This document shows, one piece after another, positions 36,394 to 44,619 of a stretch of 64,000 nucleotides of DNA. Where the stretch lies: positions 1 to 64,000 of the IMG/VR virus record IMGVR_UViG_2558860244_000005; one strand, 5' to 3'. The notes beneath the pieces were generated by a model. It had not been told where the DNA came from. It was given only the letters and a program-made list of their open reading frames with translations, and did no database searches. Source of the stretch: a virus (lineage: Duplodnaviria; Caudoviricetes). The translations under genes and the position numbers were made by a program. Every line of letters starts with the position of its first letter. Position 1 is the first letter of the stretch.

Positions 36394-36891
36394 ATGCGTA
36401 GCGTTCCCTCCCTTCTGTCCATGATCGACGAACCCAAGGCCCCGGCGCCGACGGTCCTGCCCTGGGACTACATCCGGATGCGCCGCGAGGCCGCTGGCCT
36501 CTCAATCGAGCAGGCCGCGCGACCATACTGGCACCGCCCCGAGCACCGCGAAGACGTGGAGCGCAATTTTAGAACCCTCGAACAGCCCGGTTATCGTGCC
36601 GCGCGCAATCGGTTCGGCGGCGATAAGTCCCGCTCATACCGTGTCAGCGAGGCGATCTATCGCCAGCTATGCGACGGGCCGCCGGAGCAACACCCCCGCC
36701 TCTGCCTGGCATGCGGATGGGACGAATGGTCCGCGCAGCTCGATATCGAAGGGTTCGACTGCACATGGTCCGACGCGGATCCGCAGATCTGCACCCTCTG
36801 CGAACAACTGCGCCGCCCCCTGTTCAAGCCCCGCCTGCCGAAATTCCACCCGACCCACACGACCCACGGCGGGCACCAGATCGCCGCCTGA
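36394..36891 (+). CDS. HTH/Cys-rich hypothetical protein
   Basis: YIRMRREAAGLSIEQAA (XRE-like), CLACG...CTLC. Confidence 0.65.
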   Translation: MRSVPSLLSMIDEPKAPAPTVLPWDYIRMRREAAGLSIEQAARPYWHRPEHREDVERNFRTLEQPGYRAARNRFGGDKSRSYRVSEAIYRQLCDGPPEQHPRLCLACGWDEWSAQLDIEGFDCTWSDADPQICTLCEQLRRPLFKPRLPKFHPTHTTHGGHQIAA

Positions 36892-36908
36892 GTACCAAGG
36901 AGCATCCA

Positions 36909-37148
36909 ATGTCCAGCAGCACAGCCGCAGACAGCCTGCGCAACCACATCGAAGCCATCGAGAAAATGGAAGAAGAAATCCGCGATATGCGCAGCGACGT
37001 CAGCGAGCGATACAAGTGGGCGAAAGCCGAGGGCTACGACGTCAAGTGCATGAAGCAGATCGTCGCGATCCGCCGCATGCGCCCGGACGATCGCCACGAG
37101 ATGGAAAACATCGTCGATACCTACAAAGCCGCGCTGGGGATCGACTGA
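36909..37148 (+). CDS. gapR: DUF2312 / GapR-like nucleoid-associated protein
   Basis: LRNHIEAIEKMEEE...YKWAKAEGYDVKCMKQIVAIRRM...YKAALG. Confidence 0.85.
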   Translation: MSSSTAADSLRNHIEAIEKMEEEIRDMRSDVSERYKWAKAEGYDVKCMKQIVAIRRMRPDDRHEMENIVDTYKAALGID

Positions 37149-37150
37149 AC

Positions 37151-37351
37151 ATGGCTCCTAGCAGCTCGAACAACTTTCACCCGATAGGCTGTTCATGCCG
37201 GGCCTGCTCGCCCGTCGCGGAACGCCACCGCCGCGCCAGACTCGCGATCAAAGGCGCGTCGCGCGCCTTGTTTCTGATCGCCGCGCTGATCGCGATACCG
37301 TTCATCATTGTTCACGCGCTCTCCAGCGCAAAGGATGTCGCCAACAAGTGA
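37151..37351 (+). CDS. Small hypothetical membrane protein
   Basis: HPIGCSCRAC motif and C-terminal TM. Confidence 0.55.
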   Translation: MAPSSSNNFHPIGCSCRACSPVAERHRRARLAIKGASRALFLIAALIAIPFIIVHALSSAKDVANK

Positions 37352-37453
37352 ACTTTTCTGAGGCCTTTGATGCGATTGCCATCGCCATTGCGCACTCTCT
37401 AGCGCGGCAGCACCATGCCGAATCGATGGCTAATTGCACCAAGGAAGTTTCGA

Positions 37454-39076
37454 ATGCGCACGGCGATCTACGCCCGTTTCAGCAGCCAACTGCAAAAGGA
37501 CTCCTCGATCGAGGATCAGGTCCGCGTTTGCACCGAGCGCGCTGAGCGGGAAGGATGGACGGTTACGGCCGTCTTTTCGGACTATGCGATGTCCGGCGCC
37601 GTGCGCGATCGCCCCGGTCTGAATTCCCTCATCGAACATATCAGGGCCGGTGGCGCCGACCAGATATTGGCCGAAGCCATCGACCGCCTCTCTCGCGACC
37701 AAGAGGATCTCGCTGGCATCCATAAGCGAGTTCGCTTCTTGGGCGCACGCATATTCACGCTATCGGAAGGCCCGATCGACGAACTGCAGATTGGCTTCAA
37801 GGGCACGATGGCCAGCCTGTTCCGGAAAGATTTGGCCGATAAGATCAAACGCGGTCAGGGCGGAAGGGTCGCCGCTGGCCGTACCCCCGGCAACATTGTC
37901 TACGGCTATCGGAAAGTTCATCGCCTGGATTCTCGTGGCGAAGCCGAGCGCGGACTGCGCGAGATCGATCCCGAACAAGCGGAGATCGTGCGCCGGGTAT
38001 ACGCCGAATACATCGCTGGCGAATCACCCCTCGCAATTGCCCGGCGGCTTAATGCGGAAGGCATCCCCTCCCCTTCCGGCGGCACTTGGAACGTCAGCGC
38101 CATCAACGGCGACGCTGTGCGCGGCAACGGCCTGCTCTGCAACGAGATCTACATCGGCCAGCTCGTTTACAATCGCACCACGATGGTTCGCGACCCCGAC
38201 ACGCGTAAGCGCGTGCCCCGCGTGAACCCGGCCGAGCAATGGCAGCGCCAGGACGTTCCTCACCTCCGCATCGTCGATGATGAAAGCTGGGAGGCTGTTC
38301 GTCGGCGAAAGTCGCTGAGAGAGAACTGGGACTTCAACAAACAGCGCAGACCGAAGCGCCTGCTTTCGGGTCTCGTAAAGTGCGGCCAGTGCGGCGGTGC
38401 CATAGTCGTGATCGGCAGCGAGAAGTGGGGCTGCGCCAACACACGCCGCGCCGGGACATGCACGAACCGCCGCACGATCGACAGCACCGTGCTGGAATCT
38501 CGCGTGCTCGCAGGTCTGCGGAAAGAGCTACTCAGCCCGGAGCGGGTTAGCCTGGTCGTGAAGGCGTATCACCAGCATCGAGCGCGGCTTGACCGGGAAG
38601 CGTTCGAGGCCGCTGCGACCAACCGGAAGCGGATCGACGAACTGGAGAAGCAAATCTCAAACCTCGTCAGCGCGATCGCCGCCGGTGCCGCCGACGTCCC
38701 CGAAATCGTGGAAGCGCTTCAACGCGCCAAGGCCGAGCGCGAGCAACTGACTGAAGCGATCGGATCAGCGAACGCCGCCCAAGTGATCAGCCTGCACCCG
38801 GCCATTGCCGAAGCATACCGGAACGCTGTCGAGGACATCACCCGGCACCTGAATGGCGAAGAGGAAAGCGCCCGAACCGCCCGGTCTGCGCTGCGTACTC
38901 TGATAGATGCGGTCATCCTCACTCCGAAGGAAAACGGTCGCGGACTGCACATCGATCTGCAAGGAAGGCTCGAAAACGTCGTGAGCCTCGCTACCGGCGA
39001 GGCTCCGATGGAGCGTGAAGGTATGTTGCAGGTGGTAGCGGAGGAGGGACTCGAACCCCCGACACGCGGATTATGA
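37454..39076 (+). CDS. Large serine recombinase (prophage integrase)
   Basis: IYARFSS catalytic Ser, DRLSR, recombinase domain, LLSGLVKCGQCG Zn ribbon; stop lies inside the att/tRNA fragment. Confidence 0.95.
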   Translation: MRTAIYARFSSQLQKDSSIEDQVRVCTERAEREGWTVTAVFSDYAMSGAVRDRPGLNSLIEHIRAGGADQILAEAIDRLSRDQEDLAGIHKRVRFLGARIFTLSEGPIDELQIGFKGTMASLFRKDLADKIKRGQGGRVAAGRTPGNIVYGYRKVHRLDSRGEAERGLREIDPEQAEIVRRVYAEYIAGESPLAIARRLNAEGIPSPSGGTWNVSAINGDAVRGNGLLCNEIYIGQLVYNRTTMVRDPDTRKRVPRVNPAEQWQRQDVPHLRIVDDESWEAVRRRKSLRENWDFNKQRRPKRLLSGLVKCGQCGGAIVVIGSEKWGCANTRRAGTCTNRRTIDSTVLESRVLAGLRKELLSPERVSLVVKAYHQHRARLDREAFEAAATNRKRIDELEKQISNLVSAIAAGAADVPEIVEALQRAKAEREQLTEAIGSANAAQVISLHPAIAEAYRNAVEDITRHLNGEEESARTARSALRTLIDAVILTPKENGRGLHIDLQGRLENVVSLATGEAPMEREGMLQVVAEEGLEPPTRGL

Positions 39077-39078
39077 TT
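39033..39078 (-). pseudogene. 3' half of tRNA-Met(CAT) (att junction), not a complete tRNA
   Basis: Minus strand AATCATAATCCGCGTGTCGGGGGTTCGAGTCCCTCCTCCGCTACCA: anticodon loop, T arm and CCA; D arm absent. Confidence 0.88.
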
Positions 39079-39355
39079 TCTTGATTGGTACTGATTTATA
39101 AGGGTTTTTCTGTAAACACAACCCCATAGAAACCGCAGATTTCCGTGACCTCTCCGGGCGTCTGTAAACTCGAAAAGCGCCCTCCCCGGCATCGTTTTTC
39201 CGCGACGGACATCGGCCGCGGCTACTTGGGGACCTCGCACCCTAAGCCTGCCATTGTTGGTTGCCGTTGGTTGAGCGGATCAATCTGGACGGCAGCAATC
39301 CGGAATTTTAACCCTCGCCTGATTACGAATGCCCAGCCAACTGCGAGGACGCGGA

Positions 39356-39559
39356 ATGTATCAAATCATCGGCCTGCAACGCGATCAAAAGCGTGTCCTA
39401 GTCGCCACCCCGAAGAACGCCGAAATGGCCCTCAACAGTTTCCGTGCTGCGCAGAATCTGTTTCCCCGCGTTGTCGTGCTGACACCCGAGGGAGTGGAAA
39501 TTAGCGGCTTCGAGCTAAGTCGGCGCTACCACGAAGAGGAAAGAGATCGCTACGACTAG
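39356..39559 (+). CDS. Small hypothetical protein (67 aa)
   Basis: GAGG RBS; MYQIIGLQRDQKRVLVATPKNAEMAL... Confidence 0.5.
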   Translation: MYQIIGLQRDQKRVLVATPKNAEMALNSFRAAQNLFPRVVVLTPEGVEISGFELSRRYHEEERDRYD

Positions 39560-39785
39560 CGGCCGGGAAGCCCCATTTGCGAAAGTCTCCCCTGCCTCCC
39601 GAAGAGAGTGGCTAAGCCTGTAAGGCGCAGATTTCGGGGCTTTGGGCTTATTACAGAGTCGGAACAGCCCTAGAACAAACCGGTTTTTCCGGTGCGCTTC
39701 ACCGGAAACGCACCGGACAGAAGTCTGGGGTAATTCGCCTACGTCTTGCTCCCAGCGTCAACCGCCCCGAAAAAAATGCCGCAGC

Positions 39786-40499
39786 TTAGTTGAAGTCGAC
39801 GGAAGGGCCGTTTGGACCATTGCTGATCACAACGCCTCCTCCTACGTGCGTGACTCCGGTCGCCCCGCCGCCCGAACGATCATTGAAAGTTGTTTGCCCG
39901 CCGTTGAGACGAACATTGCTTCCTGTCTTCACAGAGGTTTCCACCGAGGAATCAGCACGGCCGAAAAAGGCATTATTGAGGGTCTGCTTCGCCCCCCGCC
40001 CGGTTGTGAATTGCGCTTCCGCGCCAGTGTGTCGGAGGCCGCTAAAATCAGCCAAGCCGCCGTCTTCCGCTTGTGAGTGAAGCGGTCGCCCCTCGATCGT
40101 CACATCACGCGCAACCGTTTCGCCCCCGACCGTCAAGATGCGTACGATCTGTGAATCATGCTCCAAACGCGTCGTGAGCTCTGACAACGCTGAAACGTCT
40201 GCGATCTTGGTTTGAGCCGCCTCCAAGATCTCAACACGTTCCCGCAGCGAATTTGCGGAGACAACATCTGGCACCAAAGCTTGAACCTGGACGGCGACCC
40301 CCTTCATCAGCCCGAGGAGATCAGGCTCTAACACTCCGTTCTTGAAGCGATCAAGAATGACAGCACACAACGGGCCAATGGCTGGAATGCTAGAAATGTA
40401 GGCAGCAGCAAGCGAGGTTGCTATTGACGGTGCTGCCGATTGGCTGTCCGCCTTTGTGAGTTCCTCTACCAGGACATCGATTTCATTTGCATCTACCAT
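39786..40499 (-). CDS. Hypothetical accessory protein (237 aa)
   Basis: RBS GAGGAGG 5 nt upstream of ATG 40499; helical N-half, Gly/Thr/Asn-rich C-half; AT-richer. Confidence 0.7.
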   Translation of the reverse strand: MVDANEIDVLVEELTKADSQSAAPSIATSLAAAYISSIPAIGPLCAVILDRFKNGVLEPDLLGLMKGVAVQVQALVPDVVSANSLRERVEILEAAQTKIADVSALSELTTRLEHDSQIVRILTVGGETVARDVTIEGRPLHSQAEDGGLADFSGLRHTGAEAQFTTGRGAKQTLNNAFFGRADSSVETSVKTGSNVRLNGGQTTFNDRSGGGATGVTHVGGGVVISNGPNGPSVDFN

Positions 40500-40840
40500 T
40501 GGCACCTCCTCGGATTTGTTCCTCGAAGTTGGGAGTTTGCTGAAAAAAAAGGAAGCTCCACCTTTATCGATGATCCTGAACTTTTAGAATTCTCCCAATA
40601 TGGAACAGTTTTAAACGCACCCGTATATTTCTCCTGCGACTCCGAGCCGGGCTTCGCAAACTGAGGATTTCCGCCCTTCTCGGGCGTCTAACCTACCCCG
40701 AACCGCCTACGCATTCCTGCCGCGTCCCGTGGGCAATGTCTAACCTTCTACCAAGCGCATCCATATCGGTAGCAACCCAAATTGCTGCCCTCATTTCGAC
40801 CGGCAAACATGGGCGATGGCCGGACGAATCGAGCACTTCC

Positions 40841-41494
40841 TCATAGCAGCGTTGATGGCGCTGGGCTTTGTGGCGCAGGCAGTGAGCTGGCTTTCTTGAA
40901 CCAGGGCTCGTCTGTGCGATCGACAAGCAGCGGGCCGGTCCAGATCTGACACAAAGCGAAAGCCTCGTCCGGACTGCCGGCGACCCACTGCTCCCAATCG
41001 TTCGCCGCCAGGATAGTTGGCATTCTGTCGTGAACGTCGGCCATCTGTTCGCAGCCATCGACCATGACCATGGAATAGGCGTTGCCCCACTCGTCAGTGG
41101 GGCGCCAGATCCCGGCGACGGCGAATAGCTCCTGATCAGGGAGGGAGTACCAGGTGCGCGTCATGCGCCCGGCGGCGCCTTCTGCCTCCGCCCAAGCCGT
41201 GACCGGGATCAGGCAGCGACGATCACGGAAGCTATCCCGCCACATCGGATTGCCGCGCAGCTTATCGTCTCGCGCATTGTTCGTGGCGGTGGGCTTCAGA
41301 GGCTTGCCGGTCTTCTTGCTGACGGCATGGCGGGGAAAGCCCCAGGTCATCGCGCGGACCTCGCCCTCGGCGACTACGAGGCCGGTGTATTTCGGATAGA
41401 CCTCGGCCGCAAAGTTCGGAGAACCGGCTGCCTTGGCCCGGAACAGCTTCGCCACGGCATCGGCCGGCGCGGTCATTCGGTAGAGATTGCACAT
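40841..41494 (-). CDS. SOS response-associated peptidase (SRAP), copy 2
   Basis: MCNLY, RRCLIP, AWAEAEG, VHDRMP; about three-quarters identical to copy 1 by manual alignment. Confidence 0.92.
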   Translation of the reverse strand: MCNLYRMTAPADAVAKLFRAKAAGSPNFAAEVYPKYTGLVVAEGEVRAMTWGFPRHAVSKKTGKPLKPTATNNARDDKLRGNPMWRDSFRDRRCLIPVTAWAEAEGAAGRMTRTWYSLPDQELFAVAGIWRPTDEWGNAYSMVMVDGCEQMADVHDRMPTILAANDWEQWVAGSPDEAFALCQIWTGPLLVDRTDEPWFKKASSLPAPQSPAPSTLL

Positions 41495-41609
41495 CCCGCG
41501 AGTGTCGCCGAGCGGCCGGGTAACTCCCAGCAAAATCTTGCGAGCGATGTGAACGCGTTATCGCGGAATCCGTCCGCTCGCATCCATCTTCGCGCCTTCG
41601 GCTGTATGA

Positions 41610-41624
41610 GAACAAACTTAGAAC
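41610..41624 (+). promoter_or_regulatory. Alphaproteobacterial LexA box GAAC-N7-GAAC
   Basis: GAAC AAACTTA GAAC in the divergent region between SRAP and the 83-aa gene. Confidence 0.72.
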
Positions 41625-41666
41625 ATGCTATGAGCGATGGCTCGATGAGTCGCGAAAGGAACTCCC

Positions 41667-41918
41667 ATGGCAGATGATCAACTCACCCTTCCATTGTCCG
41701 ACGATGACCTGATCCGCTTGGCGCGGCATCGGTACGACCAGGCAGACCGGGACGGCGCGACGGAAGAGGACTTTCGTCAGCTCTGTGACATCTTTCCGGC
41801 CGTGCTCCAGCGATTGCAGGACAAGGGAGAGGCCACGCGCGATATCGTTGAAATCCAGCACATCGACCTCAGGCGCCCCGAGTCGTGGCGGCATCTGATG
41901 TCCGAGCCGGCGGAATAG
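41667..41918 (+). CDS. 83-aa protein with N-terminal QLTLPL motif
   Basis: RBS AAGGA; MADDQLTLPLSDD... Confidence 0.7.
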   Translation: MADDQLTLPLSDDDLIRLARHRYDQADRDGATEEDFRQLCDIFPAVLQRLQDKGEATRDIVEIQHIDLRRPESWRHLMSEPAE

Positions 41919-41929
41919 GCAGCGCACCG

Positions 41930-42295
41930 ATGACAGATATCCAGAAGAGCACTCCCGACGATCTGCGACGGGAAATCACGCGCATTCTCGGTAGCAAGGG
42001 AGTGTTCGCGGGCGCGGACTATGGCGCGTTCACACCGGCCGCGCCCGACGAGCGCCTTCGAGAGACCGGCCGCACGCTGTCGCCGGCAGAGCGCGGCGCC
42101 TTCGGTCGATGGCTGGTCCGGCAGACGGATGCGAAGGGCCTGCTCGGCAACCTGGTGAAAGCTGCGAAAGCCGATCCTCGCTTCCCGCTGGACGGAGACC
42201 CCGAGGCCGTTCGAAAGCGCCTGGGCGAGTGCGGCGCCGATGGCGACATGTTCGAGGCTGTGGATGAGGCCGAGATCGATTGGCTCAGCTACTGA
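41930..42295 (+). CDS. YozE/SAM-like domain protein, copy 2
   Basis: FGRWLVRQ...LGNLVKAAKADPRFP...EAVDEAEIDWLSY. Confidence 0.72.
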   Translation: MTDIQKSTPDDLRREITRILGSKGVFAGADYGAFTPAAPDERLRETGRTLSPAERGAFGRWLVRQTDAKGLLGNLVKAAKADPRFPLDGDPEAVRKRLGECGADGDMFEAVDEAEIDWLSY

Positions 42296-42320
42296 GCCTG
42301 GACCAGCGGCATGATCGACC

Positions 42321-42662
42321 ATGCGCTTTAACAAGGGCGGATTTCATGAGCCCACATCGATCACGGAAGCCGCGTTGCTCAGCTATGCGATCGTGCCGGT
42401 GTGCCGCTGTGGGCATCGGTGTTCGTTCGATCCCTGGGGGCTCTGGTATCATTTCGAGCGCCGGCGGTGGGATGGCGAGTTTTCGGCGGCGAAGGTGCGC
42501 TTCTGGTGCCGGGTCTGCGCATCCAGGCAAAAGGCGCCAGGCAGAAAAGACCGGGTAAGGCCGATTCGCTTCGACTTGGAGCATCCCCCGAAGGTGGATG
42601 TTCGGCTTCCCCGGCCGCCTGAGCATGAGTGGAAACGCGTGGTGAACCGGACGCGCTGCTGA
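42321..42662 (+). CDS. Small Zn-finger protein (CxC...CxxC), copy 2
   Basis: CRCG...FDPWGLWYHF...CRVC...EWKRVVNRTRC. Confidence 0.7.
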   Translation: MRFNKGGFHEPTSITEAALLSYAIVPVCRCGHRCSFDPWGLWYHFERRRWDGEFSAAKVRFWCRVCASRQKAPGRKDRVRPIRFDLEHPPKVDVRLPRPPEHEWKRVVNRTRC

Positions 42663-42674
42663 CCGCGCTCTTAC

Positions 42675-42962
42675 CTATTCAGAGACGCGGCCGCTCCCGG
42701 CTCGAGCCTCCGCGTCGTGCTCGCGGATCGCGTCGACCTTCGCTGCGCACTTGTTGAACGCCTTGATGTAGATGCCGCGGCTATCGATGATAGAGGCGAC
42801 CGTCTCCTGGGGCACATCCTGCACGGTGCAACGTTCCAGCAGACCGGCCGGGATTCCCTTGTAGGCAGGCGGCGGCGCCGAGGCGATCTCACCTTTGCTG
42901 TTCGAGCAGGCGGCGCAGGTCAGGAGGGAGGCGGCGAGCCATAAGTTCGCGAACTTCCGCAT
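42675..42962 (-). CDS. Outer-membrane spanin lipoprotein (Rz1-like)
   Basis: MRKFANLWLAASLLTCAAC lipobox, Pro-rich, overlaps the Rz 3' end. Confidence 0.78.
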   Translation of the reverse strand: MRKFANLWLAASLLTCAACSNSKGEIASAPPPAYKGIPAGLLERCTVQDVPQETVASIIDSRGIYIKAFNKCAAKVDAIREHDAEARAGSGRVSE

Positions 42963-43281
42963 TGCTTTTCTCCAGTTCCTTGATTTGGGCGGACGAGGCG
43001 ACGCCCTGCTGTTCGATGAGCGCGAGCTTGTCCTGGAGCAGCAGGACGTTCTTCTGCTCCAGCGCGCGCAGGCGGTCCTGCTCCGCGTACCGGTCGGCCC
43101 AGCCTCGGTTCGCGCTGACCAGATCGCCGACGCGGGTGTCGAGCGTGGCGATCTGGTCGTTTTGCCGTTGGATATGCAGGTATGCGGCAACGGTCGCACC
43201 GATGCCGCAGATCGCCAGCACGCCGATCATGGCGAGCAGCTCGGACTTGAAAGGCGTGATCAGGTTCGAAAGCCATTTCAC
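42889..43281 (-). CDS. Inner-membrane spanin (Rz-like)
   Basis: GTG start overlapping the holin stop; TM then coiled coil; ends LPPDLRRLL. Confidence 0.78.
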   Translation of the reverse strand: MKWLSNLITPFKSELLAMIGVLAICGIGATVAAYLHIQRQNDQIATLDTRVGDLVSANRGWADRYAEQDRLRALEQKNVLLLQDKLALIEQQGVASSAQIKELEKSNAEVRELMARRLPPDLRRLLEQQR

Positions 43282-43643
43282 AGCTGTTCCTCCTCTTGAG
43301 CCTTGGCGGCCTCGACGCGCTTGTCGGTATTCGCGCGCAGCTTGATCCCAAGGCGTTCGTAGACGATGCGCTCCAGGAGCCGGATCGAGACATTCGCCCC
43401 GAGCCAACCGAAGATGCCAACGATGAACCCGCTATAAAGTGGATCGACCTCCATCGCGCGGCACAGGAGCATGACCAGAAAGCCCACGAGACCGGACGCA
43501 GCGACCTCCGTGAGCGCCCGCCACCCGTTCAGCTTGTTGCCCTTGTCGTTCTCACGCATGACGTAGCCCAGGCCGCCGGCAACGGCGGACAACAGGACAT
43601 AGCCGAGTGACGTGAGCCAGTCGGATAGCGAGAAGTGTTCCAT
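43278..43643 (-). CDS. Holin (LydA-like)
   Basis: Three TM segments, charged C-terminus, next to endolysin. Confidence 0.8.
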   Translation of the reverse strand: MEHFSLSDWLTSLGYVLLSAVAGGLGYVMRENDKGNKLNGWRALTEVAASGLVGFLVMLLCRAMEVDPLYSGFIVGIFGWLGANVSIRLLERIVYERLGIKLRANTDKRVEAAKAQEEEQL

Positions 43644-43659
43644 TGCGCCCCCAAACTCC

Positions 43660-44253
43660 TTAGCGCGCCCAGGCGCCGGTTTTGCCGTGCAGCCAGGTGA
43701 GGAACTGGCCCACGGTCTTGCCCTTCAGTATCGAAGGATTTGCTTTCGTCGCGGCCTCGCCGGCGATCGCGTCGGCGCGATCGTCCACGTCGGCAGCGAT
43801 GACCTTTGCCGCGGTTCCGGCGCCGAAGAAGTGCGCCGCATAGAGCGACGCCTTGTTGATGGGGATGCCCTTGGCGCGCAGGGCCGCTGCGTTCTTCTCC
43901 GTGAAGGTTTTCGCGCGAGCAAGCTGCTCCGAGACGGGAGGCTTCAAGCCGCCGAAAGCGAGGTTCATGTTCGAGCCCCAAGAGCCGCCTTCGCCAATCC
44001 AGGTCGCGCGAATGAACTGGTAGAGGCCCGAGGCGCTGGAGGTGCTGGCCTTGATGTAGGGGCGGTCGCCGCTCTCGATCTTGGAGAGCATGGGCCAATA
44101 ATCGTCGGGGATGCTGCTCGTTTCAGACATGCGCGGGGCTCCAAAAGCGTCGAGAAGATTGTCGAGGGCGTGGACGTTGCCGGGATCGTCGAAGAGGCCA
44201 GGCCGCGCGATGGCCCGGACGGCGTCGAAGGCGGCTTTACGGGGATCGGTCAT
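43660..44253 (-). CDS. Endolysin, lytic-transglycosylase-like
   Basis: KIESGDRP...SSASGLYQFIRATW...LYAAHFFG. Confidence 0.85.
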   Translation of the reverse strand: MTDPRKAAFDAVRAIARPGLFDDPGNVHALDNLLDAFGAPRMSETSSIPDDYWPMLSKIESGDRPYIKASTSSASGLYQFIRATWIGEGGSWGSNMNLAFGGLKPPVSEQLARAKTFTEKNAAALRAKGIPINKASLYAAHFFGAGTAAKVIAADVDDRADAIAGEAATKANPSILKGKTVGQFLTWLHGKTGAWAR

Positions 44254-44263
44254 GACACGAGGT

Positions 44264-44566
44264 CTACTCGGCCGCCGGGCCGGTCTGAGCGTCCGCGAGC
44301 GCCTGGACTCGCTCGACCTCGCGATCGAACATGTCGGTTACGCCGCGCACGACGCTGATCAGCGCTGTCGCCTGCTGGAACGGCGTGCCCATCGTGTTGT
44401 CGGAAGCGAGCTGCGGCAGCAAAGCGGCGAGATCATCGGCGAGGGTCGCCACCTTGCCGCTCGCCAACGCGGCCTTGAACGCCTTCAGGCCGGGAAGGTT
44501 GGAGACGGCAATCTGCTTGTCGAGTTCTGCCCGCTGGGCGAGCAGCTGGTCTGGCGTGAGGGCCAT
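44264..44566 (-). CDS. Hypothetical protein (100 aa)
   Basis: RBS AGGAGA; high-GC codon usage; co-oriented. Confidence 0.65.
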   Translation of the reverse strand: MALTPDQLLAQRAELDKQIAVSNLPGLKAFKAALASGKVATLADDLAALLPQLASDNTMGTPFQQATALISVVRGVTDMFDREVERVQALADAQTGPAAE

Positions 44567-44619
44567 GGTCATTCTCCTGTGGGGTGGTATAGTCGCGGCC
44601 GAAGCAGCGGAGTGAAACG

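Larger units (their letters stand above)
1279..39046. mobile_element. P2-like (Peduoviridae-type) prophage, apparently intact, ~37.8 kb
   Basis: Full set of portal, terminase, capsid, contractile tail, lysis, cI/cro, ogr, primase-helicase and integrase genes between 14-bp direct repeats; P2-like cos. Confidence 0.88.

Noticed and set aside
39033-39078. Functional tRNA-Met gene
   Set aside because: Only the anticodon loop to CCA is present; the 5' acceptor strand and D arm are missing.
40506-40840. Additional gene in the AT-rich gap between SRAP copy 2 and the 237-aa gene
   Set aside because: Only short ORFs without RBS or recognisable motifs.
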